From positions 2,398 through 66,397 of the forward strand of contig CAKOMR010000006.1 in the NCBI GenBank assembly GCA_934096705.1: a stretch of 64,000 nt of DNA, given 5' to 3'. The first letter of the stretch is position 1. Each line of letters begins with the position of its first letter. The position numbers and the translations under genes were made by a program. Below are positions 56,373-64,000 of this stretch, piece after piece. Origin of the DNA: an uncultured Bacilli bacterium. GTDB lineage: Bacteria; Bacillota_I; Bacilli_A; RF39; UBA660. A model generated the notes under the pieces. That model saw only the letters and a program-made list of their open reading frames with translations. It ran no database searches and was not told where the DNA came from.

Positions 56373-56630
56373 CTAAGAATTATTCTTAAGCTCAACTATA
56401 GTTTGTCCTAAATTCCAATTATCTAAATAAAACTTTTTTACCTGATGATTATTTTTAAGTACATTATGAACTTCTTTAGTTAAAATATTAGTACTTTTAC
56501 CATGAATTATTATTACTCCATCATTTTTAAGTAATACATTTAAATTAATAAAATCATTTACTAAAACTTCAACCATACTACTTTTTTCACCATGCAAATC
56601 AAGTTTTGGTGTTTTACTAGTAATTATCAT
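56373..56630 (-). CDS. Stand-alone Smr-domain protein
   Basis: KLDLHGEKSSMVEVLVNDFI...VIIIHGKSTNILTKEVHNVL fits the Smr (MutS2 C-terminal) LDLHG...HG.G pattern. 4-nt overlap with the upstream kinase gene. Confidence 0.65.
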   Translation of the reverse strand: MIITSKTPKLDLHGEKSSMVEVLVNDFINLNVLLKNDGVIIIHGKSTNILTKEVHNVLKNNHQVKKFYLDNWNLGQTIVELKNNS

Positions 56631-57598
56631 TTTATGGTAGTTTGACCTGCTTCAGTTGGAATAACTGGAGAAACTACTTGTTTATTTTCTTCAGGAGCAT
56701 ATTTTTGATTAAAGTATTTCATAACTTCATCATATTCTGGTACTGATGGTTTACCACCTATTTTAACAACAGATAATCCTGAGGCAATGTTAGCAAATGT
56801 TATACATTTTTCAACATCGTAGTCCTTTAAAATGCCATAAACAAATGCTCCCGCAAAAATATCTCCCGCTCCAGTTGTATCAACTGCGTTTACTTTTAAA
56901 CCAGGCATAACCTTTATTTGGTTATTTGCAGTATACATTGCTCCCTTTTCTCCAAGAGTTACAATAATGTTTCTATTTGGAAATTTATTTAGTAATGCTG
57001 AATAAGCATTTACTAATGAATTAGGATTATTAAAATCAATTTTAATTCCAGAGGCTGCAGAAGCAAAACCCTTTGAGCAAATTATGTATTTTACGTATTT
57101 ACATAACTCCAAAGTTTCCGAATTTGGAACTGTAGCATGAATGACAGTAATTTTGCTTGAATACTTATTTAATGCTGCTAAAGCGGCTCCATAGTCACTA
57201 CTATCTACTAAAACTAAATCAGGATCCATTGCGAATTCCGTTTTTTTCATGAGTAATTTCTCTTTATTTAAAGTAAAAATAGTATTAGATTTAGCATTTT
57301 GATTTAATAAAATTAAACTAATTGGAGTTCTTTTTTCATAAGCAATTTCCATATATTCAGTATGAATACCAATTTTCTCAAGTTCTTTTCTAACAGAGTT
57401 ACCAAAAGTATCATCGCCAACAATTGAACCGACGTATGTATCAATTTTATATTTTCCAATGGTATAAGCTGCATTTACTGTACATCCACCACTTGTTTCA
57501 GTAATCTTTGTAATATTATTTAAACTTCCCTCTTCAGGATATTTATCTATTTCACCAAATATATTATATTCACTACGACCAACACAAAGTACTTTCAT
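56627..57598 (-). CDS. PfkB-family carbohydrate/nucleoside kinase (ribokinase-like)
   Basis: GGCTVNAAY and the C-terminal signature DTTGAGDIFAGAFVYG. Confidence 0.85.
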   Translation of the reverse strand: MKVLCVGRSEYNIFGEIDKYPEEGSLNNITKITETSGGCTVNAAYTIGKYKIDTYVGSIVGDDTFGNSVRKELEKIGIHTEYMEIAYEKRTPISLILLNQNAKSNTIFTLNKEKLLMKKTEFAMDPDLVLVDSSDYGAALAALNKYSSKITVIHATVPNSETLELCKYVKYIICSKGFASAASGIKIDFNNPNSLVNAYSALLNKFPNRNIIVTLGEKGAMYTANNQIKVMPGLKVNAVDTTGAGDIFAGAFVYGILKDYDVEKCITFANIASGLSVVKIGGKPSVPEYDEVMKYFNQKYAPEENKQVVSPVIPTEAGQTTIK

Positions 57599-57688
57599 AT
57601 CATCAACCTACTTTCTATTATCAATTATATAATAAAAAATTGATATTTTAAAGTGAAAAATGTATAATTGTTATTAGGGTGATAAATA

Positions 57689-57928
57689 ATGATAGTCGAA
57701 GAAAACAAAACTTATAAACATTTTAAAGGAAACGTTTATAAAGTTTTATTCATTGGATATGATAGTGAAATTACTGATAGTGATGGTAATCCACGTAAAC
57801 TTGTTATTTACAAATCAAATCATGATGGTAAAATTTGGGTAAGACCATATGATAATTTTACTTCAAAAGTTGATAAAGAAAAATATCCAAATGCAGTACA
57901 AGAATATCGTTTTGAAAAAGTAGATTAA
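57689..57928 (+). CDS. DUF1653-family protein
   Basis: YKHFKGNVYKVL...LVIYKS...GKIWVRPYDNF matches the DUF1653 pattern. Confidence 0.6.
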   Translation: MIVEENKTYKHFKGNVYKVLFIGYDSEITDSDGNPRKLVIYKSNHDGKIWVRPYDNFTSKVDKEKYPNAVQEYRFEKVD

Positions 57929-58563
57929 CTACTTTTTTTTATTATATAAAGCTTTTTATTTTTATAAAAAGCATAAAATACTTCTTTCAAAGAAAGGTTA
58001 TTTTCACTTAATACATTTTTTAAGTAATTTTCATTTTTTCTTATATGTTTCAAAGCATCGTAATCCACTTTACCATCCAATATAACTGGCATTGGATAAA
58101 TACTTTTTTTAAGAGGTTTATATTTAAAAATTGAAAGTTTGCCATTAGGCTCTAAAAAAGCATATTCAACTTCATTTATTTCTCTAATTTCTTTTTGTCT
58201 TAATGATAAAAGCAAGTCATCCAAAGTGTACCTTTGTTTTATCATTTCATGATAGTTTATTTTACCATTTGAAATAATAAGTGATGGTTTGCCATCTAAA
58301 ATTAAACGTAGTTTTCTATTTTTAATTGAAATAAATGCTAATGCAATTTCTAAAAATACTAAAAGTCCTATAGGAATTACTGTTAAATACATAGGGTCAG
58401 AATGATTTTCTATCGATATAGCCACGAGCTCAGCTATTAATATTGATACAATTAAATCAATTACACCAAGTTGTCCAACTTCTCTTTTACCCATAAGTCT
58501 ATAGGATATTGTAATAAAAAAATAAAAAAATAATGTTCTTATAACAACTTTAAATAAAACCAA
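57925..58563 (-). CDS. DUF421/YetF-family membrane protein
   Basis: RLMGKREVGQLGVIDLIVSILIAELV and the C-terminal YetF-like domain (LIISNGKINYHEM...TLDDLLLSLRQKEI). Confidence 0.7.
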   Translation of the reverse strand: MVLFKVVIRTLFFYFFITISYRLMGKREVGQLGVIDLIVSILIAELVAISIENHSDPMYLTVIPIGLLVFLEIALAFISIKNRKLRLILDGKPSLIISNGKINYHEMIKQRYTLDDLLLSLRQKEIREINEVEYAFLEPNGKLSIFKYKPLKKSIYPMPVILDGKVDYDALKHIRKNENYLKNVLSENNLSLKEVFYAFYKNKKLYIIKKSS

Positions 58564-58628
58564 TTATATCACCTATTTATATTATGAGCAAAGTAATATT
58601 ATTTTAAACAAATCATATTCTTTATTAG

Positions 58629-59003
58629 GTGATTATTATAAAAAAAATATTAAAATATGGAAAATATATGGGTGTGTTTATATTAATTGAATTATCCTTA
58701 GCATTTATTTTGGGTCTTTTAAATTTAATAGGTTTAAATAGTTATATAACAAATCTTATATCATTTATAGTTAATATATCATTATTCTTTTGTTTATCTT
58801 TTCAAAAAGGTAAAAACACTACAAAAAAGGGTTTTGTCGAAGGTATTATAAATGGGAGTTTACTTTTATGTAGTTTATTTATTATAACTTTAATATTTTT
58901 TCTTAAAAATATTAAAATAAGTATTTTGCTTTACTATTTAATATTAATGGCAAGCTCTATAATAGGAAGTATCCTTGGTAAAAACGCAAAAAAAGGAAAA
59001 TAA
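58629..59003 (+). CDS. Small polytopic membrane protein (YrzE/TIGR04086-like, tentative)
   Basis: 124 aa with 4 hydrophobic segments and KKGFVEGIINGS between them. Confidence 0.35.
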   Translation: MIIIKKILKYGKYMGVFILIELSLAFILGLLNLIGLNSYITNLISFIVNISLFFCLSFQKGKNTTKKGFVEGIINGSLLLCSLFIITLIFFLKNIKISILLYYLILMASSIIGSILGKNAKKGK

Positions 59004-59011
59004 TTTCCTTT

Positions 59012-59317
59012 TTATTTTTTCTTTCTGAAAAAAGTTCTTATAACGTAATATAAAAATACTATATATATAGCTAAAACTAGCCAACATATAATCGTATAAA
59101 CTATTCCCGTCGTATAAGTTCCTGCAATATCTAAAATTGAGTCATGAAAATATTTATTAACTAAAACGGAAAATTCACTTACATTTAATAGTTTTTCTAA
59201 TCTATCAAGTATTCTTAAAAAAATATCAACTATACATATTACGTAAACCACATTACTGAATTTTCTCATAAAAATTATTGTTAATACTATAAGTAAAATT
59301 AATATTGCTAAATCCAT
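59012..59317 (-). CDS. Small membrane protein, unknown function
   Basis: 101 aa with three hydrophobic segments and no family assignment. Confidence 0.4.
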   Translation of the reverse strand: MDLAILILLIVLTIIFMRKFSNVVYVICIVDIFLRILDRLEKLLNVSEFSVLVNKYFHDSILDIAGTYTTGIVYTIICWLVLAIYIVFLYYVIRTFFRKKK

Positions 59318-59398
59318 TTTATATCACCTACTATATAATGATATCACATTTTGAAAAAAATAATTATTATATATTGAGAATTATTCGTAAAAATATGT

Positions 59399-59428
59399 AA
59401 AAAAAATCGAGTTTATTTTGACTCGATT
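59399..59428 (-). terminator. Rho-independent terminator of spoVS
   Basis: 8-bp stem AATCGAGT/ACTCGATT (59405-59412 / 59421-59428) plus a minus-strand T-run. The stop codon sits in the loop. Confidence 0.6.
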
Positions 59429-59673
59429 ATAAGTTTAATAGCAGTTTTCTTTTCACCGCCTATTTCTATATCTGAAAATGCTGGAATGGCAACCAAATTA
59501 TCCCCCATTGGTGCTACAAAACCTCTTGCTATAGCTAGTGCTTTAATTGCTTGATTTAAACTTCCAGCTCCAACAGTTTGTACTTCAACTGCCCTATTTT
59601 CGCGAAATATATTAGCTATTGCTCCCGCAACTTTACTTGGATTTGATTTAGATCCTACTTTTAATATTTCCAT
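59413..59673 (-). CDS. spoVS: Stage V sporulation protein S
   Basis: MEILKVGSKSNPSKVAGAIANIFRENRAVEVQTVGAGSLNQAIKALAIARGF is near-canonical SpoVS. Confidence 0.9.
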   Translation of the reverse strand: MEILKVGSKSNPSKVAGAIANIFRENRAVEVQTVGAGSLNQAIKALAIARGFVAPMGDNLVAIPAFSDIEIGGEKKTAIKLIIESK

Positions 59674-59718
59674 ATTTTCCTCCGTAATAATATATATGAA
59701 AATACTTTAATTTTAGAA

Positions 59719-60246
59719 CTATCTTTCACTGATTAAATAGTTTGTAATTGGATCTACTAGTTCTAAAATTCCATGAATAAAGTAGAAAAATCCCAATACC
59801 AACACTTGGACTTGTGGTTCATAATATAAATTAATTGTACATAATAAACCAGTTAAAACAAATAATATCAAAGTTATAATTCTTAATATATAGATTTTTT
59901 TATGTCTGTCATGATAATAGTCACATTTTTTTAGTTTTATTAAACTCATTAATGTAATCCAAACAAATAAAGTAAGTGCTAAATTCAAAGGATTTTTTTC
60001 AATATTAACAAGACCTAAAATAATAAGAGTAATAATACTTGCTATCATAGTAAATAATCCTTCATAATCTTTTGATTTAGTCGTAAGCAAATATTGAATT
60101 AAATTCATTACTCCATAAAAAGATAAAACTCCCATAAAAATATATTTTACATTAATAATCTTAAGTAATGGAAAAATAAGCAGCAGACTTCCAACTATAA
60201 TAAGTGTTACTGCAGTAACTAAATCAACAATTTGTTTTCTTTTCAT
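59719..60246 (-). CDS. Polytopic membrane protein (DUF308-like, tentative)
   Basis: 175 aa with 6 hydrophobic segments. Overlaps the uppS 3' end by 23 nt. Confidence 0.4.
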   Translation of the reverse strand: MKRKQIVDLVTAVTLIIVGSLLLIFPLLKIINVKYIFMGVLSFYGVMNLIQYLLTTKSKDYEGLFTMIASIITLIILGLVNIEKNPLNLALTLFVWITLMSLIKLKKCDYYHDRHKKIYILRIITLILFVLTGLLCTINLYYEPQVQVLVLGFFYFIHGILELVDPITNYLISER

Positions 60247-60943
60247 TTATCCCTCCAAATCTTCTATCTTTATGATAAAAAGAATCTATTATATTATCTA
60301 TTTCTTTATTGCTTAAATCTGGAAATAATGTATCAATAAAAAATATTTCTGCATATGTAAGTTCATAAAGCATAAAGTTACTTAATCTATGGTCTCCACC
60401 AGTTCTTATTAATATATCGATTGGTGGTAAATTATTGTCCATATATTTATAAAAATTATCTCTATTAATATCATTTTTACTAACTACATTATTAACTAAA
60501 TCATCATGATATTTTTCTGCAGCCCTAATAATTTCTTCTTGACCGCCATAATTTAAACAAATATTTAAAATTGTACCGCAATTATCTTTAGTTTTATCAA
60601 CAATATTATCCATCGCAGATACAACATCACTTCGTAAATTATCTTTACTTCCACTAAAAACCACTTTAACACCTTTATTTACTAATTTTGTTAGTTTTTT
60701 ATTAAACATTTCAATAAAAAGATTCATTAAATAATCGACTTCTTCTTCACTTCTTTTAAAATTGTCAGTAGAAAATGCATAAACGCTTAAAACATTTACA
60801 CCAAGTTCATTAATATAAAGTGCTATTTTTTCTAGTGTTTCAGAACCCTTTTTATGTCCCATACTACGATTTAATCCTCTTTTCTGAGCCCATCTTCCAT
60901 TGCCATCCATTATTATTGCTAAGTGTTTTAAATTATTTTCCAT
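60224..60943 (-). CDS. uppS: Undecaprenyl diphosphate synthase (cis-prenyltransferase)
   Basis: HLAIIMDGNGRWA, LSVYAFSTDNFKRS, RTGGDHRLSNF and YAEIFF. Confidence 0.95.
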   Translation of the reverse strand: MENNLKHLAIIMDGNGRWAQKRGLNRSMGHKKGSETLEKIALYINELGVNVLSVYAFSTDNFKRSEEEVDYLMNLFIEMFNKKLTKLVNKGVKVVFSGSKDNLRSDVVSAMDNIVDKTKDNCGTILNICLNYGGQEEIIRAAEKYHDDLVNNVVSKNDINRDNFYKYMDNNLPPIDILIRTGGDHRLSNFMLYELTYAEIFFIDTLFPDLSNKEIDNIIDSFYHKDRRFGGINEKKTNC

Positions 60944-60994
60944 ATATACCTTCTTACAAATATTATATTAGAATAAAATAGTATTTTCAATATA

Positions 60995-61195
60995 TTAATT
61001 AATTCTCATCTTATTAACATTTTTTGCAATTAAAATATTATTTTCTTTATATTCTATTCTAAATTCAACAACATCTCCAACAGTTAAATTTTGATTAAAA
61101 GATATATCTTTTTTACAAAAATCAATAACTTTATTTTCAGAAATAATTGTTCCATATTTACCATTATAAGTTATAATTTGTCCAGTTTTTTTCAT
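60995..61195 (-). CDS. Small OB-fold, degenerate cold-shock-domain-like protein
   Basis: GQIITYNGKYGTIISENKVIDFCKKDISFNQNLTVGDVVEFRIE...IAKNV aligns by eye to the CspB pattern G.VKWFN.eKGFGFI....dVFVH.s.i....L..Gq.VeF, but the RNP1/RNP2 aromatics are largely lost. Confidence 0.4.
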   Translation of the reverse strand: MKKTGQIITYNGKYGTIISENKVIDFCKKDISFNQNLTVGDVVEFRIEYKENNILIAKNVNKMRIN

Positions 61196-61204
61196 TTTTT
61201 CTCC

Positions 61205-64000
61205 TTATATTATTTTTGTAAAATCTTGTTGAAACAAATTTTGTTCACAATTTTGCATTTCTTCGTAGCCTACGCTTTCTTGTAATGGTAGAATGCATTT
61301 TTCTACTTCACCATCGTTTTTAATTGCAATATACCAATCTTCACCGCAAATAACTTTTTTATACTCTTGTTTAAAAAAAGGTTCAAAGTTTCTAGATTTA
61401 TTTTCCTTTTCAGTTTGATTTTGTTCTAAACATACATTAAGAGCTTTTATTCTTGTTATTTCGCTTGACAAAGGTTCTAATGAAACTTTTTTTCTTGGCA
61501 TTTCATAAACAATTTTTGGAATCTCGTCATAAGATATATTTATGCTTTCCTCAGGCTCATTTAAAATTCTTTTCTTAGAAGATAGTAAAATAGCAGTTTT
61601 ATTAATATCTGCATGTGGAAACTTTTCAATAAAATTTTTATCATTAATTAAAGGATATACATTATAATCTGTGTTCATAGGAGTTGATGAAGTATTTAAT
61701 AAAACGTAATCTATATTATCATCTGCATTTATTGCACTAGTAATTATTTGATCTGCAATTGCTTTATATGTTTCAATTGAGCAAAATGCTCCAGAACCTC
61801 CGGAAGCTACTAACTGAATCATATTGCCTCTTCGGAATGCAAATATTCTTGAAACTAATTTATTTTGGTCATTTTTTATTAAAATAACATCTGCAGTTTG
61901 TTCTAATAATACTTCTCTATAAGTTGTTCCTACACCACTATTTTGTAAATCTATACAGCTTCCATCTTGGGGTTTTTTTCCAATAGCAAGCCTTTCAGGA
62001 TTAGCATAATCTCCAGATTTAAAATAGTGATATGTTTTATCAGAACTTTCATATGATATTGGGGGAACAAAGCTTGATTTTTTAGATAACATTTTAAAGT
62101 AAAAATCTAAATATGCTTTTGCATTTTCTTCACCAACTAACTTAGTAGTTTCACTTCCTAAAGCAAAAAGTGTTATATCATCTAAAGCACTATATGCATT
62201 TGATAAATATATTGCATCAGAAAGATTATTTAAAAATAACATATTTTCATTAATTTCATGATTTGTACTTGAACCTTTTAATTTATCACAAACCCTTTGA
62301 TAATTACTTAGCATGTTTATATATACATCTACATTAATAGCAACATTTACAAATGGTAAAAAATAAGCAATGTTTTTAATGCCATCTTTATTTGCTAATA
62401 TTTCATCAAGGGTTTCACTGCTTACATTAAGTAAAATTTCTGCTAAGTTTTCATAAATTTTATCTTGACTACAAATTACAAAATTAAATGGATTTAATCC
62501 AAGATTTTTTCGATACATCGGCAATATAAACGCATTTTCTGGAGAAAGATTTACTCTATTAATATACTTAAATTTAATTTGTTCAAATTTTCTTTTAATA
62601 TAATCTATTACTTCAGAATTATTTGTTTTTAATACGTAACTAATATTAGTTTCATTTAAAGAGTCACTTTTAACTAAATTCTTTAACATTTCACAGTAAT
62701 TATTATTTATAATAATACCTTGTTTCTTTAAATCTTTGTTATTAATAATTTCTTGACAAATATTATCTAATTCTTTTTCAAATTCTTCATCGGTAATACC
62801 AAGTTCACTATATCTTTTTTGTCTTAATAAATCACCAACAATTTTAATTTTTTTGCCATTTAAAATTGTGCTTTCTTTTTTTGAAGTTATTTTTAATTTC
62901 ATTTTAATTTCTTCTAAAAAAGCGCTTTTTTCTTTGCTCATATAATAATTTCTATTTTGATTCAATATTCTATTACAAAAATCGCTAGTTACAGATAATA
63001 ATAAAGTTTTTTCCTTTAAAAATGAATCATAAAATTGTTTTAGTTCATCACAAATACTTTCTATAGATAAACTTCTTCCTGTAAATTCATATATATCATT
63101 AGCAAGTGTTTTTATGCAATCGTCATTAAAATCATTAGCTTTTATAAATGTGTGATATATTTCATCGTTTAATGAAACTATATCTGGATATTTTAATTTA
63201 TATTTATCTCTATTATATTTTATAGATATTATTCCATCAACTGTTTTATCTAGAATAGAAAAATATTCATTTTGCAATTTTATGTCTTTTTCATAAACGG
63301 AAAAATTTAAAGTTTCTACTAATTCTGATAATTTACCAACATCATTGTTTCCACCAAATTCTGGTGATAAAAAATGTAAATCTTTTATTCCCTTATTTTC
63401 ACTTAACGCTTTGACAATTAAATCTTTCTTTTCTTTTTTATCCATATAAGGATAAAAGTTTCTAAAATGCGGCAAATGGTTCATTATAATAGGATTTCCA
63501 GCTAAATTTGGATGTTTTAAAATATCTTCTTCCGTAATGTGATAATCATTTAAAGCACGTTGTATAATTGTAGGATTAATATAGCATGTATCTGCTACAT
63601 ACAAAATTAATTGAGGATTATTTTTTATAGCGGGCTCCATAATTAATGATTCTTTACATAATAAATTATTTTTAATTAAATCTTCTTCACAAGCAATATA
63701 TCCCCTATCAATTGCAGATTTTATATTTTTTTCATTTAAAAGCACCTTGCTAAAATAGACAATAGCCGAAGGATCATTTTCAAAAACTTTTAATAAAATA
63801 GAATTATTTTTTATTAAAGTTGAATTAGATACCAAATCTTCTTTAGTTATAATAATTCCTTTTTCTATAGCATACTTTACATATTTCTCTATTTCTCCTG
63901 GAAGAAACATATGCATATTAAATTTCAAAATTATTTTGGGATTCTTTTCTATTGCTCTAAACATTAAAATTTCACTATTTTGTAAAATATTATAGGTCAT
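61205..64000 (-). CDS. Large (931 aa) cytoplasmic orphan protein with three N-terminal ~53-aa repeats; function unknown
   Basis: ATG exactly at 64000. Repeats pair AIEKNPKIILKF...AIEKGIIITKEDL, VFENDPSAIVYF...AIDRGYIACEEDL and AIKNNPQLILYV...ALNDYHITEEDI. No Walker, HExxH, nuclease or TM motifs seen. Confidence 0.55.
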   Translation of the reverse strand: MTYNILQNSEILMFRAIEKNPKIILKFNMHMFLPGEIEKYVKYAIEKGIIITKEDLVSNSTLIKNNSILLKVFENDPSAIVYFSKVLLNEKNIKSAIDRGYIACEEDLIKNNLLCKESLIMEPAIKNNPQLILYVADTCYINPTIIQRALNDYHITEEDILKHPNLAGNPIIMNHLPHFRNFYPYMDKKEKKDLIVKALSENKGIKDLHFLSPEFGGNNDVGKLSELVETLNFSVYEKDIKLQNEYFSILDKTVDGIISIKYNRDKYKLKYPDIVSLNDEIYHTFIKANDFNDDCIKTLANDIYEFTGRSLSIESICDELKQFYDSFLKEKTLLLSVTSDFCNRILNQNRNYYMSKEKSAFLEEIKMKLKITSKKESTILNGKKIKIVGDLLRQKRYSELGITDEEFEKELDNICQEIINNKDLKKQGIIINNNYCEMLKNLVKSDSLNETNISYVLKTNNSEVIDYIKRKFEQIKFKYINRVNLSPENAFILPMYRKNLGLNPFNFVICSQDKIYENLAEILLNVSSETLDEILANKDGIKNIAYFLPFVNVAINVDVYINMLSNYQRVCDKLKGSSTNHEINENMLFLNNLSDAIYLSNAYSALDDITLFALGSETTKLVGEENAKAYLDFYFKMLSKKSSFVPPISYESSDKTYHYFKSGDYANPERLAIGKKPQDGSCIDLQNSGVGTTYREVLLEQTADVILIKNDQNKLVSRIFAFRRGNMIQLVASGGSGAFCSIETYKAIADQIITSAINADDNIDYVLLNTSSTPMNTDYNVYPLINDKNFIEKFPHADINKTAILLSSKKRILNEPEESINISYDEIPKIVYEMPRKKVSLEPLSSEITRIKALNVCLEQNQTEKENKSRNFEPFFKQEYKKVICGEDWYIAIKNDGEVEKCILPLQESVGYEEMQNCEQNLFQQDFTKII

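Noticed and set aside
43371-60943. Separation of uppS (60.2-60.9 kb) from cdsA-rseP (41.5-43.4 kb), and absence of gpr between rpsT and spoIIP, as signs of rearrangement hot spots
   Set aside because: These differ from B. subtilis order but are ordinary synteny variation among Firmicutes. No repeats or mobile-element scars were visible at the junctions.
1-64000. CRISPR arrays, rRNA operons, and other structured ncRNAs (tmRNA, RNase P, SRP, 6S) or additional riboswitches in intergenic regions
   Set aside because: No regularly spaced direct repeats were seen. All intergenic regions longer than about 120 bp are accounted for by T-box leaders, tRNAs, or promoters and terminators. This was a by-eye scan only, so a covariance-model search could still find small elements.

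Overview
Visibly very AT-rich, gene-dense chromosomal segment from a low-GC, endospore-forming Firmicute (Clostridia/Erysipelotrichia-like; the taxon cannot be fixed from sequence alone, and GC was not computed). I support about 70 protein genes, roughly 90% of them on the minus strand. There are also 3 tRNAs (Arg-CCG, Leu-TAG and a CAT-anticodon tRNA) and 3 T-box leaders (trpS, serS, glyQS). No rRNA, CRISPR array or intact mobile element was seen.

The backbone is housekeeping DNA in Bacillus-like synteny: spoIIP-yqxA-lepA-(HTH)-hemW facing rpsT; yqfC-yqfD-vanZ-ybeY-dgkA-era-yqzL-recO-tdk; glyQS-proS; sepF-divIVA-cdsA-rseP; uppS. Sporulation genes are interleaved: spoIIAA-like/sigF-like/spoVAC-AD-AE, spoIIP, a SpoIIID-like gene, yqfCD and spoVS.

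Items worth a second look:
1. A Panacea (DUF4065) antitoxin-domain gene translationally coupled to an unassigned 140-aa partner, plus a small coiled-coil ORF (7.2-8.35 kb). This is the best candidate for an undescribed toxin-antitoxin module.
2. A spoIIAA-sigF junction with no spoIIAB, where the STAS phospho-serine position is Glu.
3. A glyQS T-box whose Stem I looks truncated, and which also appears to control proS.
4. A Thr/Gly-rich secreted protein with a TasA/camelysin-type (SipW-class) signal peptide next to tRNA-Arg.
5. A 1242-aa MMPL transporter fused in frame to a signal-peptide-bearing extracellular module that has its own internal RBS and ATG.
6. A response-regulator pseudogene fused in frame to an IS3-type DDE transposase core.
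7. A tail-anchored protein built on 189-bp tandem repeats.
8. A KAP P-loop NTPase running off the left edge (absent from the ORF track).
9. A 931-aa orphan protein with three N-terminal repeats of about 53 aa, paired with a degenerate cold-shock-like ORF at the right edge.

All family assignments are by-eye motif recognition and need HMM or structure confirmation.
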